NCBI GenBank assembly: GCA_965222605.1 | Contig: OZ244960.1 | Span: 352,001 to 416,000, forward strand | From: Candidatus Latescibacterota bacterium | GTDB lineage: Bacteria; Latescibacterota; UBA2968 | Length of the DNA stretch: 64,000 nt | Direction of reading: 5' to 3' | In this document: positions 1-9,278 of the stretch, piece after piece | Layout: each line of letters begins with the position of its first letter | Numbering within the stretch: position 1 is the first letter of the stretch | The notes under the pieces: generated by a model | What the model was told of the DNA's origin: nothing | The model's input: only the letters and a program-made list of their open reading frames with translations | The model's database searches: none | Translations under genes and position numbers: made by a program

Positions 1-1
1 A

Positions 2-934
2 AATGGCACTGGTGGTCTTGCCCTCATGGGACACAACGACGTCGTACCCGCCAAAGGGTGGGCGTGGGACCCTTTTGAAGTCGTCGAAAAGGGATCTCGC
101 ATCTACGGACGCGGCGTAGCCGACATGAAAGGTTCAGTCGCGTGCATGATCGCCACAGCAAGCCATTTCTCCAGCGATGAACTCAAGCACCCCATCTACG
201 TAGTCGTCACAGGAGACGAAGAGATCAACTGCGGAGGCGCCGATGTCGTCGCTCAAAAATCCGAGGTATTAAAAGAATCCAATGTGCGCTACGGCATTAT
301 TGGCGAACCGACCCTGCTCGACGTGGTACACGCCCACAAAGGCTCGATCAAAATCAGCGTCACAGCCACGGGAAAAGCCACGCACAGCAGCACGGGAACA
401 GGCATCAATGCCAACCACAAACTCATCCCCTTCCTCAACGACATGCTCGCCATAGATCGCGAACTAAAAAACAATGAAAAATACCTCAACAACGCCTTTA
501 CACCCCCACACGCCACCCTCAACACCGTCATACACGGGGGTGAACAAGCATCGAACATCACCACGCCAGAAAGCGGGGCAACCCTCAATATGCGCCCCAT
601 GCCCGGACAAGACTTCGCGCCCTTACTCGGCATAATCAAAACACTGGCCGAAGAACGCGGGGTACACATCGACATATACGACGGCCTCGCCCCCCTCCAC
701 ACCCCGGTGGAATCTCGCATCGTGCAAGAAGCCCTCTCTGTCACAAACAAGCGCGAACCCAAAACCGTAGCTTATGGCACCGACGGCATGATCTTTGGCA
801 AAACCATGGAACTCGTCGTGCTCGGTCCCGGCAATATTCAACAGGCGCATACCATTGACGAATGGATCGAAATCGAACAACTCCATCAGGCTGTCGATAC
901 CTTCTCGGAAATGGTGCGGCGGTTTTGTAGTTAG
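2..934 (+). CDS. argE: M20 family metallopeptidase, acetylornithine deacetylase-like (5'-truncated by window edge)
   Basis: Frame is open from base 2 (NGTGGLALMGHNDVVP). M20 motifs GHxDVVP, GRGxADMKG, DEE, GEPT, YGTDG and GPGxIxQAHTxDE are present. Confidence 0.75.
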   Translation, partial: NGTGGLALMGHNDVVPAKGWAWDPFEVVEKGSRIYGRGVADMKGSVACMIATASHFSSDELKHPIYVVVTGDEEINCGGADVVAQKSEVLKESNVRYGIIGEPTLLDVVHAHKGSIKISVTATGKATHSSTGTGINANHKLIPFLNDMLAIDRELKNNEKYLNNAFTPPHATLNTVIHGGEQASNITTPESGATLNMRPMPGQDFAPLLGIIKTLAEERGVHIDIYDGLAPLHTPVESRIVQEALSVTNKREPKTVAYGTDGMIFGKTMELVVLGPGNIQQAHTIDEWIEIEQLHQAVDTFSEMVRRFCS

Positions 935-1027
935 TAATCAGCCATCCCTCTTCTCGCGAGACATAACAGGATTTATATAAAATACAGCGATTATGACTCT
1001 GTCCCATATCAGAGCAAGCATATTGCC

Positions 1028-2227
1028 ATGAAAATTCTCACGTCCCCCTGCCAGATCAATAAGGAAATTACACGACTACTTACAGAATGCTCCTCCTGCC
1101 AGATTGCCGTTGCCTGGGCCTCGACTGGATTCAAGTTCTTCGATCTTCTAAAAAAACACAAAGCAAAGATCGAAAGAATGATTGTCGGTACGCATTTCTA
1201 TCAAACCCATCCAGATTTCATCGAAGCATTTATCACGCACAAGAATGTCCACTTCATCAAAGCCACTGATGAGGTCTTTCATCCAAAGGTGTACTACTTC
1301 CAGATGAGTTGTGACCGCTGGGAGTGCATCATCGGCAGTGCCAACCTTACCCGCGGCGGATTTGAAGGGAACGACGAAGTAGCTATTTTGGTCACAGATA
1401 AGGACTGTGATAGCTCTGACACCCAGACCGAATTGTTCGATGCTTTGGATGAATACTGGGATAAGACGCCTGTAATCGACAAAAGCGACCTGAAAGCGTA
1501 CAGGCAAGCGTGGAAGCGAAAACGACCGATAGTGCAGAAACTCGGAGGAAAATTCGGTCCTGAAAACACTGATCAAGGTGACGGGGGAAAATCTCCTTTA
1601 GAAATATCTGGTCTGAGCAAGACATGGCAGGAATACTTCAATTGTATCAAGATGAAAGATAAGAATTTAGCAACACGCTTGAAAGTCATTCAGAGCGCGA
1701 GAAATCTATTCGATAACCACGTCCACTTCTGCGATATGAACGACATTAATCGACAAAAGATCGCTGGGGTGATCGGAAAGAAAGATGATGGTGTGGACTA
1801 CCTATTTTTCGGTAGAATGACATCAGTCAGGACCTTGCCGGACATAATCAACAACAATAATAAACATTTATCACGAGCTCTTGATTTGATACCGCTGGAC
1901 GGCGATATTTCAAAAGAAATATATCTCAAATATATGGATCAGTACCGCAAAGTATTTTCAACGGGTATTGCTATCGCAACCCGATTGCTCGCCATGAAGC
2001 GCCCTGACATCTTCGTGTGCTTGACCTCACGCAATAAAGGGAGATTATACAAAGATTTTGGTATTCAAAAAGATGTCACAGAGGTGACATATTGGGATTC
2101 AATTATAGAACGAATTAAGGAATCAACGTGGTGGGATACTCCGTGTCCCAAATCCCAAATTGAGTCAGAAGTCTGGCAGGCAAGGGCAGCATTCTTGGAT
2201 TCGATTTATTACGAAAGTGATGTGTGA
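1028..2227 (+). CDS. Phospholipase D-family (HKD) nuclease, restriction-endonuclease-like
   Basis: Single PLD nuclease signature FHPKVYYF...IIGSANLTRGG...NDE in the N-terminal half, followed by an unassigned C-terminal domain (ATRLLAMKRPD). AT-richer than the upstream gene. Confidence 0.8.
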   Translation: MKILTSPCQINKEITRLLTECSSCQIAVAWASTGFKFFDLLKKHKAKIERMIVGTHFYQTHPDFIEAFITHKNVHFIKATDEVFHPKVYYFQMSCDRWECIIGSANLTRGGFEGNDEVAILVTDKDCDSSDTQTELFDALDEYWDKTPVIDKSDLKAYRQAWKRKRPIVQKLGGKFGPENTDQGDGGKSPLEISGLSKTWQEYFNCIKMKDKNLATRLKVIQSARNLFDNHVHFCDMNDINRQKIAGVIGKKDDGVDYLFFGRMTSVRTLPDIINNNNKHLSRALDLIPLDGDISKEIYLKYMDQYRKVFSTGIAIATRLLAMKRPDIFVCLTSRNKGRLYKDFGIQKDVTEVTYWDSIIERIKESTWWDTPCPKSQIESEVWQARAAFLDSIYYESDV

Positions 2228-2240
2228 CTTCAAAACAACC

Positions 2241-2908
2241 CATAGTAAAAAACCACGCCCAAAGGACGTGGCTTTGAAAAGCCCCCCACAGGGGGGCTGA
2301 TCGCTTGCCCCCAAAGGAGGCAAGCCAGACGTGTCCCACAACCAGCGCAAACGTTAATACTTCAAACCCAATTGTTCACTACGACGTTCTTTTGCCTCTT
2401 GATACTTCACATACTTGCGAATCATCTCAGCATCCAGACCCACCGTATCCACACAGTAGCCTCGCGCCCAAAAATGATTCCCCCAATAAGGCTTCTCCTT
2501 CAGATAGGGAAACTGCTTGAAAACACGAATTGCACTGCGACCCTTCAACGTACCCATCAATTCTGAGATAGACACCTTCGGCGGAACAAGCACAAGTAAG
2601 TGAACATGATCCACTTGCACATTCAATTCGACAACCTCACATTCCTTCTGCTTTGCAAAGATTTGGATGCAAGTGTATACTTCTCGACCAACGGGACCCT
2701 TCAAGATTCGGTAACGATATTTCGGCACCCACACCAAATGATACTGGCAATGCCATATCGCATGGGATAACTTATGGAACCTGCTCACTGCTTTCTCCTT
2801 TCTCGGTTGCGGGAACAACCGCAGAATATAGGAGATTCAGCGGGCAGGTCACTGGCAAAGCCGACCGTCTCTGACCACGCCCAAAGGACGTGGGTTTTTA
2901 CAATGAAC
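2241..2908 (-). mobile_element. IS200/IS605-family element, TnpA only (ends approximate)
   Basis: tnpA is flanked by two identical 20-bp imperfect hairpins ACCACGCCCAAAGGACGTGG at 2252-2271 and 2874-2893, in direct orientation as expected for IS200 subterminal palindromes. No tnpB. Confidence 0.85.
2354..2788 (-). CDS. tnpA: IS200-family Y1 (HUH) transposase
   Basis: YHLVWVPKYR, DHVHLL (HUH motif), FWARGY and KYVKYQ (catalytic Tyr helix). GTG start at 2788 with AAGGAG upstream. Confidence 0.95.
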   Translation of the reverse strand: MSRFHKLSHAIWHCQYHLVWVPKYRYRILKGPVGREVYTCIQIFAKQKECEVVELNVQVDHVHLLVLVPPKVSISELMGTLKGRSAIRVFKQFPYLKEKPYWGNHFWARGYCVDTVGLDAEMIRKYVKYQEAKERRSEQLGLKY

Positions 2909-2923
2909 TAAAACAGCTTCTTA

Positions 2924-3852
2924 GAAGCTGTTTTAAAACTATTGTGTGAGAAAAAAAAGAGTTGAAAAAGCGTATTTATCTGTCCAAATTTAGGTTATGT
3001 AAATCACCCTAAAAAGAAAGGACAAAGATGAATACGCAAAGGCAATATCCGACAAATGTCACCCAAGCGCAATGGCAACTGCTCATCCCCTTGCTGCCCA
3101 AACGCAAATGGCGAAAAGGAGGTCCCGGACGCCCCCCTGCCAATTTGCGCCAAGTGTTCAATGGCATCCTGTATCTAACCAAAACCGGCTGCCAATGGCG
3201 CATGCTGCCCTATACCTTTGGCTGCTGGCAGACCGTGTATGGCTATTTCAATAAATGGCGCGAGCAAGGTATCTTTGAGCGTGTGCAACAGGCACTCACA
3301 CGAAGAGAGCGAAAACGGCAGGGACGCGCACCTAACGCATCAGCAGGCTGCGTTGATAGCCAAAGTGTCAAGACAGCAACCCAATCAGAATCAAAAGGTT
3401 ACGATGCCGGGAAAAAGGTCAACGGACGTAAACGCCACCTCCTTGTCGATACCCTCGGACTGGTCATCAGCACCTATGTCTCGCCTGCCAATGTCCAAGA
3501 TCGCGACGGCCTCAAGCAGGTGATCAATCAGTATTTTGACAGCGGACTGACACGTTTACGCAAGCTGTGGGTTGATGGCGGCTATCGCGGCAAAGACCTC
3601 AAAGAATGGGTCGCCAATAAGAAGCACACACATAAGATTGATCTTGAGGTTGTCACCCCAAAAGGCAAAGGATTTCAGGTGGTCAAACGCCGTTGGGTTG
3701 TTGAGCGCACCTTTGCGTGGTTATTTAATTTTCGCCGGCTGTCAAAGGATTATGAAGGCTTGACGGACAATAGTGAAGCCTTTATTCACATCGTTATGAT
3801 TTACCTCTTAATCAACAGACTCGCTTAAGCACGCTGGTTTTAAAACAGCTTC
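2924..3852 (+). mobile_element. IS5-family insertion sequence (IS1031-like), 929 bp
   Basis: Perfect 16-bp terminal inverted repeats GAAGCTGTTTTAAAAC (2924-2939) and GTTTTAAAACAGCTTC (3837-3852). TTA target duplication at 2921-2923 and 3853-3855. Confidence 0.92.
3028..3828 (+). CDS. IS5-family DDE transposase
   Basis: TGCQWRMLP, VDSQSVK, GYDAGKKVNGRKRH, WVDGGY and RWVVERTFAW motifs in a single intact ORF. Confidence 0.95.
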   Translation: MNTQRQYPTNVTQAQWQLLIPLLPKRKWRKGGPGRPPANLRQVFNGILYLTKTGCQWRMLPYTFGCWQTVYGYFNKWREQGIFERVQQALTRRERKRQGRAPNASAGCVDSQSVKTATQSESKGYDAGKKVNGRKRHLLVDTLGLVISTYVSPANVQDRDGLKQVINQYFDSGLTRLRKLWVDGGYRGKDLKEWVANKKHTHKIDLEVVTPKGKGFQVVKRRWVVERTFAWLFNFRRLSKDYEGLTDNSEAFIHIVMIYLLINRLA

Positions 3853-3905
3853 TTAGCAATAATCTCAAAGGAACCGTGTAGACACGAAAGGTTAAAAGGA
3901 GAACC

Positions 3906-4991
3906 ATGACCAGAACTATCATTGATATCTTGCAACGAGGGAACCTGGAGTTATTCCACTCTTCCATGCTGGCCTGGCTGCTGGATGGCAAGGGAGAACA
4001 CGGAATGGGAATGTGCGTCTTGGCGAGATTGGCTGATATCCTAACTCGGAAAGGATGGCCTCAACTCAAAAATGCACTGGCAGGGGGAACAAGGGGAGGC
4101 AGAGTTGTGAGAACAGAGGTTAAACGGGGCAGAAACAGATACGATATATGGCTGAAACTTCCAAATACGGAGGTCATATTTGAGAACAAGACAAAGACAA
4201 TCGGCAACGAGTCACAACTGAAATCCTTTCAACAAGGCGGAGCCATCGTTGTGGCGGTGGGATTCTGCGACGAATCCTTTGCGAACACCGTAGCCAATCA
4301 GTACCCGCTGCTCACATATGAAGACGTACTTGAGGCAATCAAAGCTGTGGCTGGCAATGGAGTGACAACAGGAGCCTTTGGTACTTTAGCGGCAGAGTAT
4401 ATCCGGTACTTAGAGCGAGAACTGGAAATTATTAAGCTGGTTCGCAACCTTATTCTGTGTCCCCAAGGAATTAACCGACAGTCCCTTGCTAAAAAGGTGG
4501 GGAGTTCTCTATACGGTGAGAATGATAGAAGATTCTGGAATCTGATTGTACTCGAGCAATGCCGGCGGATCCTGAGTCAACAGATGATGTGGGTGAATAC
4601 CGAGTGGACAATGGACAAGAACCAGCCGAGCGGAGTATGGCTTGCCGGGATTCCTGATGGCTTCGTATTTAGCGGACCATTACAGCAATGCGCGAAGAAA
4701 TTTAGTGCCTCGCTGTGGTTCCATGTGGAACTCTTCCACGAGGCACTGATGAATCCAGATGACGATAAGGAGGTTGGGATGCTACAGCTACGATGTGAAG
4801 TAAAGAAGAATAAAGTGTTCGCTCAAGAGTTCCAGCGACAGTATAAGGCAGGGAATAACAGTATCTTCGCTACCGGGATCAATCCAAACTGGCAGACCTT
4901 TTATGTCATAAAGAGGCACCTCCAAGGGCAGGATTTGCCCGGCAGAGGGATTACTAAGGCTCTTAATGAATTCGTGCAGACATTTCAGTAA
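3906..4991 (+). CDS. PD-(D/E)XK nuclease family protein
   Basis: ELFHSSMLAWLLDxxGEHGxG N-terminal motif and YDIW...IFENKTK catalytic motif. AAGGAG RBS. Confidence 0.75.
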   Translation: MTRTIIDILQRGNLELFHSSMLAWLLDGKGEHGMGMCVLARLADILTRKGWPQLKNALAGGTRGGRVVRTEVKRGRNRYDIWLKLPNTEVIFENKTKTIGNESQLKSFQQGGAIVVAVGFCDESFANTVANQYPLLTYEDVLEAIKAVAGNGVTTGAFGTLAAEYIRYLERELEIIKLVRNLILCPQGINRQSLAKKVGSSLYGENDRRFWNLIVLEQCRRILSQQMMWVNTEWTMDKNQPSGVWLAGIPDGFVFSGPLQQCAKKFSASLWFHVELFHEALMNPDDDKEVGMLQLRCEVKKNKVFAQEFQRQYKAGNNSIFATGINPNWQTFYVIKRHLQGQDLPGRGITKALNEFVQTFQ

Positions 4992-5020
4992 CTGATGTTA
5001 CGTATTACTCAGATAAACCA

Positions 5021-5347
5021 TCACAATCTTATTTTTATATACGTTACATCTACCTGCTTTTTTTGATGAAAACCTGCCCCACTCGCCTCGTAGCGAGGCC
5101 CAAAGTGGCGAGCATACCGGGAACCAATACGTCTTGTCCACATTTGTGCATCGAATCTGCGGGCAAGAAGCCGGTCGGATGCAGCCATTTCATCTTGATC
5201 AACCTCATATTCCCCCGTCTCGATGTCGATAACCACAAATTTGCCTTCATCGGCAGGTTCAATATGAGGACTTATGTCTCGATCATAAATCTCATCGCCG
5301 CGTCGCGCGAATTCCTCTTTGCTGTACCGTGGTTTTGATATGGACAT
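5021..5347 (-). CDS. Small conserved hypothetical protein (RRGDEIY...GKFVVIDIETGEYE family)
   Basis: Resembles a small-protein family usually encoded next to a clan AA aspartyl protease gene; that partner is absent here. ATG at 5347 with GGAGGAG-like RBS. Confidence 0.55.
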   Translation of the reverse strand: MSISKPRYSKEEFARRGDEIYDRDISPHIEPADEGKFVVIDIETGEYEVDQDEMAASDRLLARRFDAQMWTRRIGSRYARHFGPRYEASGAGFHQKKQVDVTYIKIRL

Positions 5348-5364
5348 ATAATTTCTCCTCCCCA

Positions 5365-5631
5365 TTACCCACCTGCAATCGAAGTCACAAAATGAACCTC
5401 ACTATCGGGGGGTATCTGTGTCCGCAAACCCTCTTCGGTAACAACGCCATCAATCGCAACAGCCAATCCAGGGGCAATCCGATAATCCTCGTACACCACC
5501 CGATCTTTAATCCCGGGAAATTGCGCATCCAGATTTTCGATCACCTCGCGCAAGGTATTGCCACCAACAACCACCTTTTCCTGGCCATCGGTCAATTTGC
5601 GCATCAGCGAAGGAATCCACACTTCAGGCAT
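5365..5631 (-). CDS. MoaD/ThiS-family sulfur carrier protein
   Basis: 88 aa with a ubiquitin-like pattern and C-terminal Gly-Gly (SIAGG); directly downstream of a molybdoenzyme gene. Confidence 0.9.
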   Translation of the reverse strand: MPEVWIPSLMRKLTDGQEKVVVGGNTLREVIENLDAQFPGIKDRVVYEDYRIAPGLAVAIDGVVTEEGLRTQIPPDSEVHFVTSIAGG

Positions 5632-5658
5632 AGTCAAACTCCTATTTCTCTGGTCCTC

Positions 5659-7959
5659 TCAGGCCGAGCCGTTTCCACCGTTTTTATTCCACCAGGCTTC
5701 CAACACGCGCGGAGGCGACATGGGCAACTCTGTCAGACGCAGGCCAATTGCATCGTAAATCGCATTGGCAACCGCTGCTGTGGGTGGCACAATCGGCACC
5801 TCACCCACCCCGCGCACACCATAAGGATGCCCCGGATTGGGAACCTCGACAATATGCGCATCAATCATCGGCAAATCCAAACACGTTGGCATGCGATAAT
5901 CCAGCAAGCTGCTATTCCGCAAAATGCCATCTTCATCGTACACATACTCTTCGTTGAGCGCCCAACCAATCGCCTGTGCCACGCCGCCCTGCATCTGCCC
6001 CTCCACATAAGGCGGATAAATCGCTTTCCCCGCATCCTGGAAAAGCGACGCACGCAAAATATCGACCTTGCCCGTATCCGGATCGACCTCCACATCCACA
6101 ATCGCCACTGCATAAGCACCCCCAACACCTGTGGGTTTTGCCGTGGCGCGTCCCATCACCGGCCCGCCCGTTGAATCGAGCTGAGCCGCCAAATCCTTAA
6201 ACGTAATCGACTTCGACGGATCGGACTTCGAGCGGAACACCGCCTGGTCGAACTCGATATCGTCCTCTGAAATCTCCCACAGCATCGCCGCACGCGCCAT
6301 CATCTGCTCTTTGATATCCTGCGCGCACTTATAAGCCGCCCAACCCGTCGCAAATGTCGTGCGCGAACCACCGGTCACACCCGTATAACCAATCGAATCT
6401 GTATCGCCCACCTGCGGGCGAATCTGCTGTTCTGAGATACCCAGCACTTCGGCCATCTGCATCGCAACCGACGTGCGCGTTCCCCCAATATCTATTGAGC
6501 CTTCTACCAGATTGATCGTCCCATCGGCATTCACACTCGCAGCCGCACTCGAAACACCGCCCCCATTACCCCAAAAACCAGACGCTACGCCGCGACCGCG
6601 ATATTTCCCATTGAGTGCCATCTGATAGTGGTCAGAAGAAGCCGCAGCGCGAACGCATTCCTCGTGCCCAATGCGCTTATTCACAGGACCATCTGCGCGG
6701 CGCGTACCTTCTTTTGCAGAATTGTTCAACCGAAACGCCAGCGGATCGAGACCCAATTTCTCGGCGAGTTCATCCACCACAGTTTCAACGGCAAAAGCCG
6801 CATTCGTCGTGCCCGGCGCGCGATAGGCCGAAGAGGAAGGCTTGTTGTTCACCACATCATAACCATCCACCAGAACATGCGGGATAATATAAGGCGCCAG
6901 CATATTGCGCGCCCCCGCGCCCACGGGACTGCCGGAAAAAGCCCCCGACTCATAGGCCAGTACACTCTCAGCAGCGACGAGCTTACCATCTTTGGTCGCG
7001 CCCATTTTCACCCGGATCCACGAACCCGACGTCGGGCCAGTCGCCTGCAAGACCTCAGTGCGAGTCATAATCATTTTCACCGGATGCCCGGTCTTTCTCG
7101 ACAACAGCGCGGCAATCGGTTCCAAATACGCTTTGATCTTGCCACCGAATCCCCCGCCAATCTCCAGGGGTACAACCTTAATTTGCGACACGGGAATACC
7201 CAAAATTTTCGCAGTCTGATCCCGCACGCCAAACGCGCCCTGATTGCTGCACCAGATCGTCACCACCCCATCGGCATTCCACAATACCGTGGCATTTTGC
7301 GGTTCGATATAGCCCTGATGCACCATATCCGTGCGAAACTCGTGCTCGACAATCACATCGGCTTCGGCAAACCCCTGATCGACATCGCCCAGTTCCGTGC
7401 GAAAATGCGACGCCACATTACTGAAATTTTCGCTCTTCTCGCCCATCGAACTGGTTCTCTGATCTTCATGCACCAGGGGCGCGTCATCCTTCATCGCCTC
7501 CTGCACATCCAGCACATGGGGCAGCACTTCGTATTCGACCTCAATTAAATCCAGCGCTTCTTCGGCAATATGGACATTGGTCGCCGCCACCGCAGCCACG
7601 GGATATCCCTGATAGAGCACCTTCTCGTGTGCCAGCACTGCCGCACACATATCCTTAACCCGCACCACCTCCTCGCCCAAATCGGCCAACTGCTCCTCGG
7701 CGTTAAGTGCCAAATCCTGTCCCGTAACCACTGCACGCACGCCTTCGAGCACTTCAGCCTTGCTCGTATCAATCGACTTAATCCGAGCATGTGCATGCGG
7801 GCTTCGCAAGACTTTGGCATGTAACATATCGGGCAAATTGAGGTCCGTACCGTAAATCGCCCTGCCCGTCACCTTATCCGCGCCATCGTGCCGCACTGGC
7901 CGCGTCCCCACGACCTTGTAATCCGTAATACCCAAATAATCTTCCTGTTGAATTGCCAT
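5659..7959 (-). CDS. Xanthine dehydrogenase-family molybdopterin-binding (large) subunit
   Basis: DKVTGRAxY, RSPHAHARI, GGGFGGK, AYRAPG, GQMQGG and RGVGEVP motifs. Confidence 0.93.
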   Translation of the reverse strand: MAIQQEDYLGITDYKVVGTRPVRHDGADKVTGRAIYGTDLNLPDMLHAKVLRSPHAHARIKSIDTSKAEVLEGVRAVVTGQDLALNAEEQLADLGEEVVRVKDMCAAVLAHEKVLYQGYPVAAVAATNVHIAEEALDLIEVEYEVLPHVLDVQEAMKDDAPLVHEDQRTSSMGEKSENFSNVASHFRTELGDVDQGFAEADVIVEHEFRTDMVHQGYIEPQNATVLWNADGVVTIWCSNQGAFGVRDQTAKILGIPVSQIKVVPLEIGGGFGGKIKAYLEPIAALLSRKTGHPVKMIMTRTEVLQATGPTSGSWIRVKMGATKDGKLVAAESVLAYESGAFSGSPVGAGARNMLAPYIIPHVLVDGYDVVNNKPSSSAYRAPGTTNAAFAVETVVDELAEKLGLDPLAFRLNNSAKEGTRRADGPVNKRIGHEECVRAAASSDHYQMALNGKYRGRGVASGFWGNGGGVSSAAASVNADGTINLVEGSIDIGGTRTSVAMQMAEVLGISEQQIRPQVGDTDSIGYTGVTGGSRTTFATGWAAYKCAQDIKEQMMARAAMLWEISEDDIEFDQAVFRSKSDPSKSITFKDLAAQLDSTGGPVMGRATAKPTGVGGAYAVAIVDVEVDPDTGKVDILRASLFQDAGKAIYPPYVEGQMQGGVAQAIGWALNEEYVYDEDGILRNSSLLDYRMPTCLDLPMIDAHIVEVPNPGHPYGVRGVGEVPIVPPTAAVANAIYDAIGLRLTELPMSPPRVLEAWWNKNGGNGSA

Positions 7960-8020
7960 TCTTCCTCCTGTGAGTTTGTTGTATCAGAAATACATTTTCG
8001 GAAATTTGTCATCAAAACAA

Positions 8021-8289
8021 CTAAGCGACCCGCCTTGCCTTCGCGGCTTTGTCCAGATCATACGTCGCTTGCAGGTTCATCCAAAGTCTGGCCGATGTTC
8101 CCAAAGTCTCAGCAAGATCGAGTGCTGCATCGGCAGTACGCCTCACTCGCCTCGAATAAGCGCGCTGAGTCGCGCTCTGGACCAGCCAATTTTCTCTGCA
8201 AACGCCGTCTGGCTCATACCCATAGGTTCGAGAAACTCCTCAAGAAGCATCTTTCCCAGGTGGAACGGGTTCTTTGGTTGTCGCTCCAC
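8021..8289 (-). pseudogene. higA: HigA-family antitoxin pseudogene
   Basis: Manual translation: VERQPKNPFHLGKMLLEEFLEPMGMSQTAFAEKIGWSRARLSALIRGE, then TGA at 8143-8145, then after a 1-bp frameshift TADAALDLAETLGTSARLWMNLQATYDLDKAAKARRVA-stop. Not in the ORF track. Confidence 0.88.
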
Positions 8290-8294
8290 GGTCC

Positions 8295-9278
8295 TTACTT
8301 CAGCCACCATTTCCAAAGTCGGTTTAATATTGAAGGGGCTTGACTTTGATACTGCTTTGCCATATTACCAAATATCTCACCTGCTACATCCAAATCAAGT
8401 GTCATTCCACTTTTGTAATATGCCTTACAAACATGGCCAAATCCATAGGTAACTGATCCGGCCGTCTTGGCAGCTACATTCATAACAACTCCTACACCCA
8501 AAAGTCCGCCGAGCCACCCCACCGCCTTCAAGCCTTGAATGCCCCAACGATAGATTTGTCGTCCAGTGCTTCCCGTTACCGTAGCAGCGAACAATTGCAT
8601 TACATCTTTTTTTTTCACTTGGCATTCATAAATAAAAGCTACCTTCATTGCAAGACCAACTTGCAATCGGGTTAATGGCATGAGGTCCACACCAGGTATA
8701 GGAATTGTAGCAAGGCTCATAGCATCATCTGCTGCGTCTTTTATCCATTTATCCACTTGTTCTTCTTTAAATTTCGATACTTTAAAAAAGAATAAATCGT
8801 TTCCCTGGAATTCTAAAATTTCCACTATACTTCGATGCAGAACATCAATGCCGATATTATCGCGGGCGGAGATAGGTACAAGTTTGGCTCCCGTCTTGTC
8901 TTTTATATCCTGCTCCATTTCTTTTTGTGCGTCAAGTTTGAGGCTGTCGATCTTGTTGAGCACAGCAATGATTGGTTTCCCTAATGCTTGTAATCCTTTA
9001 TAAGCATCAACTGTGGACTTTGACGCACCGACACCCCCATTAAAAAAGAAAAGTATTATGTCGGTATCTCGTTCGATAAATTTTTGTGTTAGCTTACTCT
9101 TTTCTTCATTGATGTCCTCCAATCCTGGCGTGTCAGCAATATAGACATTTTTGCTGAATCTATATAGCTGAATTTCCTCCGTGTAACCTGCTATAGCCTT
9201 TACATCGGCCAGTTTCCGTCCGGTAAGTGCATTGATAGTGGTGGATTTCCCGCTATTCACGCTACCGTACAGTGCCAT
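8295..9278 (-). CDS. Era/YcjF-like GTPase with C-terminal DUF697-like domain (true N-terminus probably 9400, frameshifted)
   Basis: G1 GSVNSGKST, G3 DTPG, G4 NKID and G5 ISA motifs. C-terminal PIPGVDLxPL...LQVGL and Gly-rich hydrophobic helices. Confidence 0.8.
   Translation of the reverse strand: MALYGSVNSGKSTTINALTGRKLADVKAIAGYTEEIQLYRFSKNVYIADTPGLEDINEEKSKLTQKFIERDTDIILFFFNGGVGASKSTVDAYKGLQALGKPIIAVLNKIDSLKLDAQKEMEQDIKDKTGAKLVPISARDNIGIDVLHRSIVEILEFQGNDLFFFKVSKFKEEQVDKWIKDAADDAMSLATIPIPGVDLMPLTRLQVGLAMKVAFIYECQVKKKDVMQLFAATVTGSTGRQIYRWGIQGLKAVGWLGGLLGVGVVMNVAAKTAGSVTYGFGHVCKAYYKSGMTLDLDVAGEIFGNMAKQYQSQAPSILNRLWKWWLK

Noticed and set aside
2354-2908. TnpB/IscB RNA-guided nuclease with the IS200
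   Set aside because: There is no room and no ORF for it between the end hairpins.
5659-7959. Aerobic CO dehydrogenase CoxL
   Set aside because: Lacks the AYxCSFR loop and has no coxM/coxS neighbours.
2230-8021. 10-mer TCAAAACAAC at 2230-2239 and 8012-8021
   Set aside because: A-rich low-complexity match that does not bracket a coherent unit; likely chance.
7970-8452. Plus-strand 160-aa and 151-aa ORFs
   Set aside because: Antisense shadows of the higA pseudogene and the GTPase end; no motifs.
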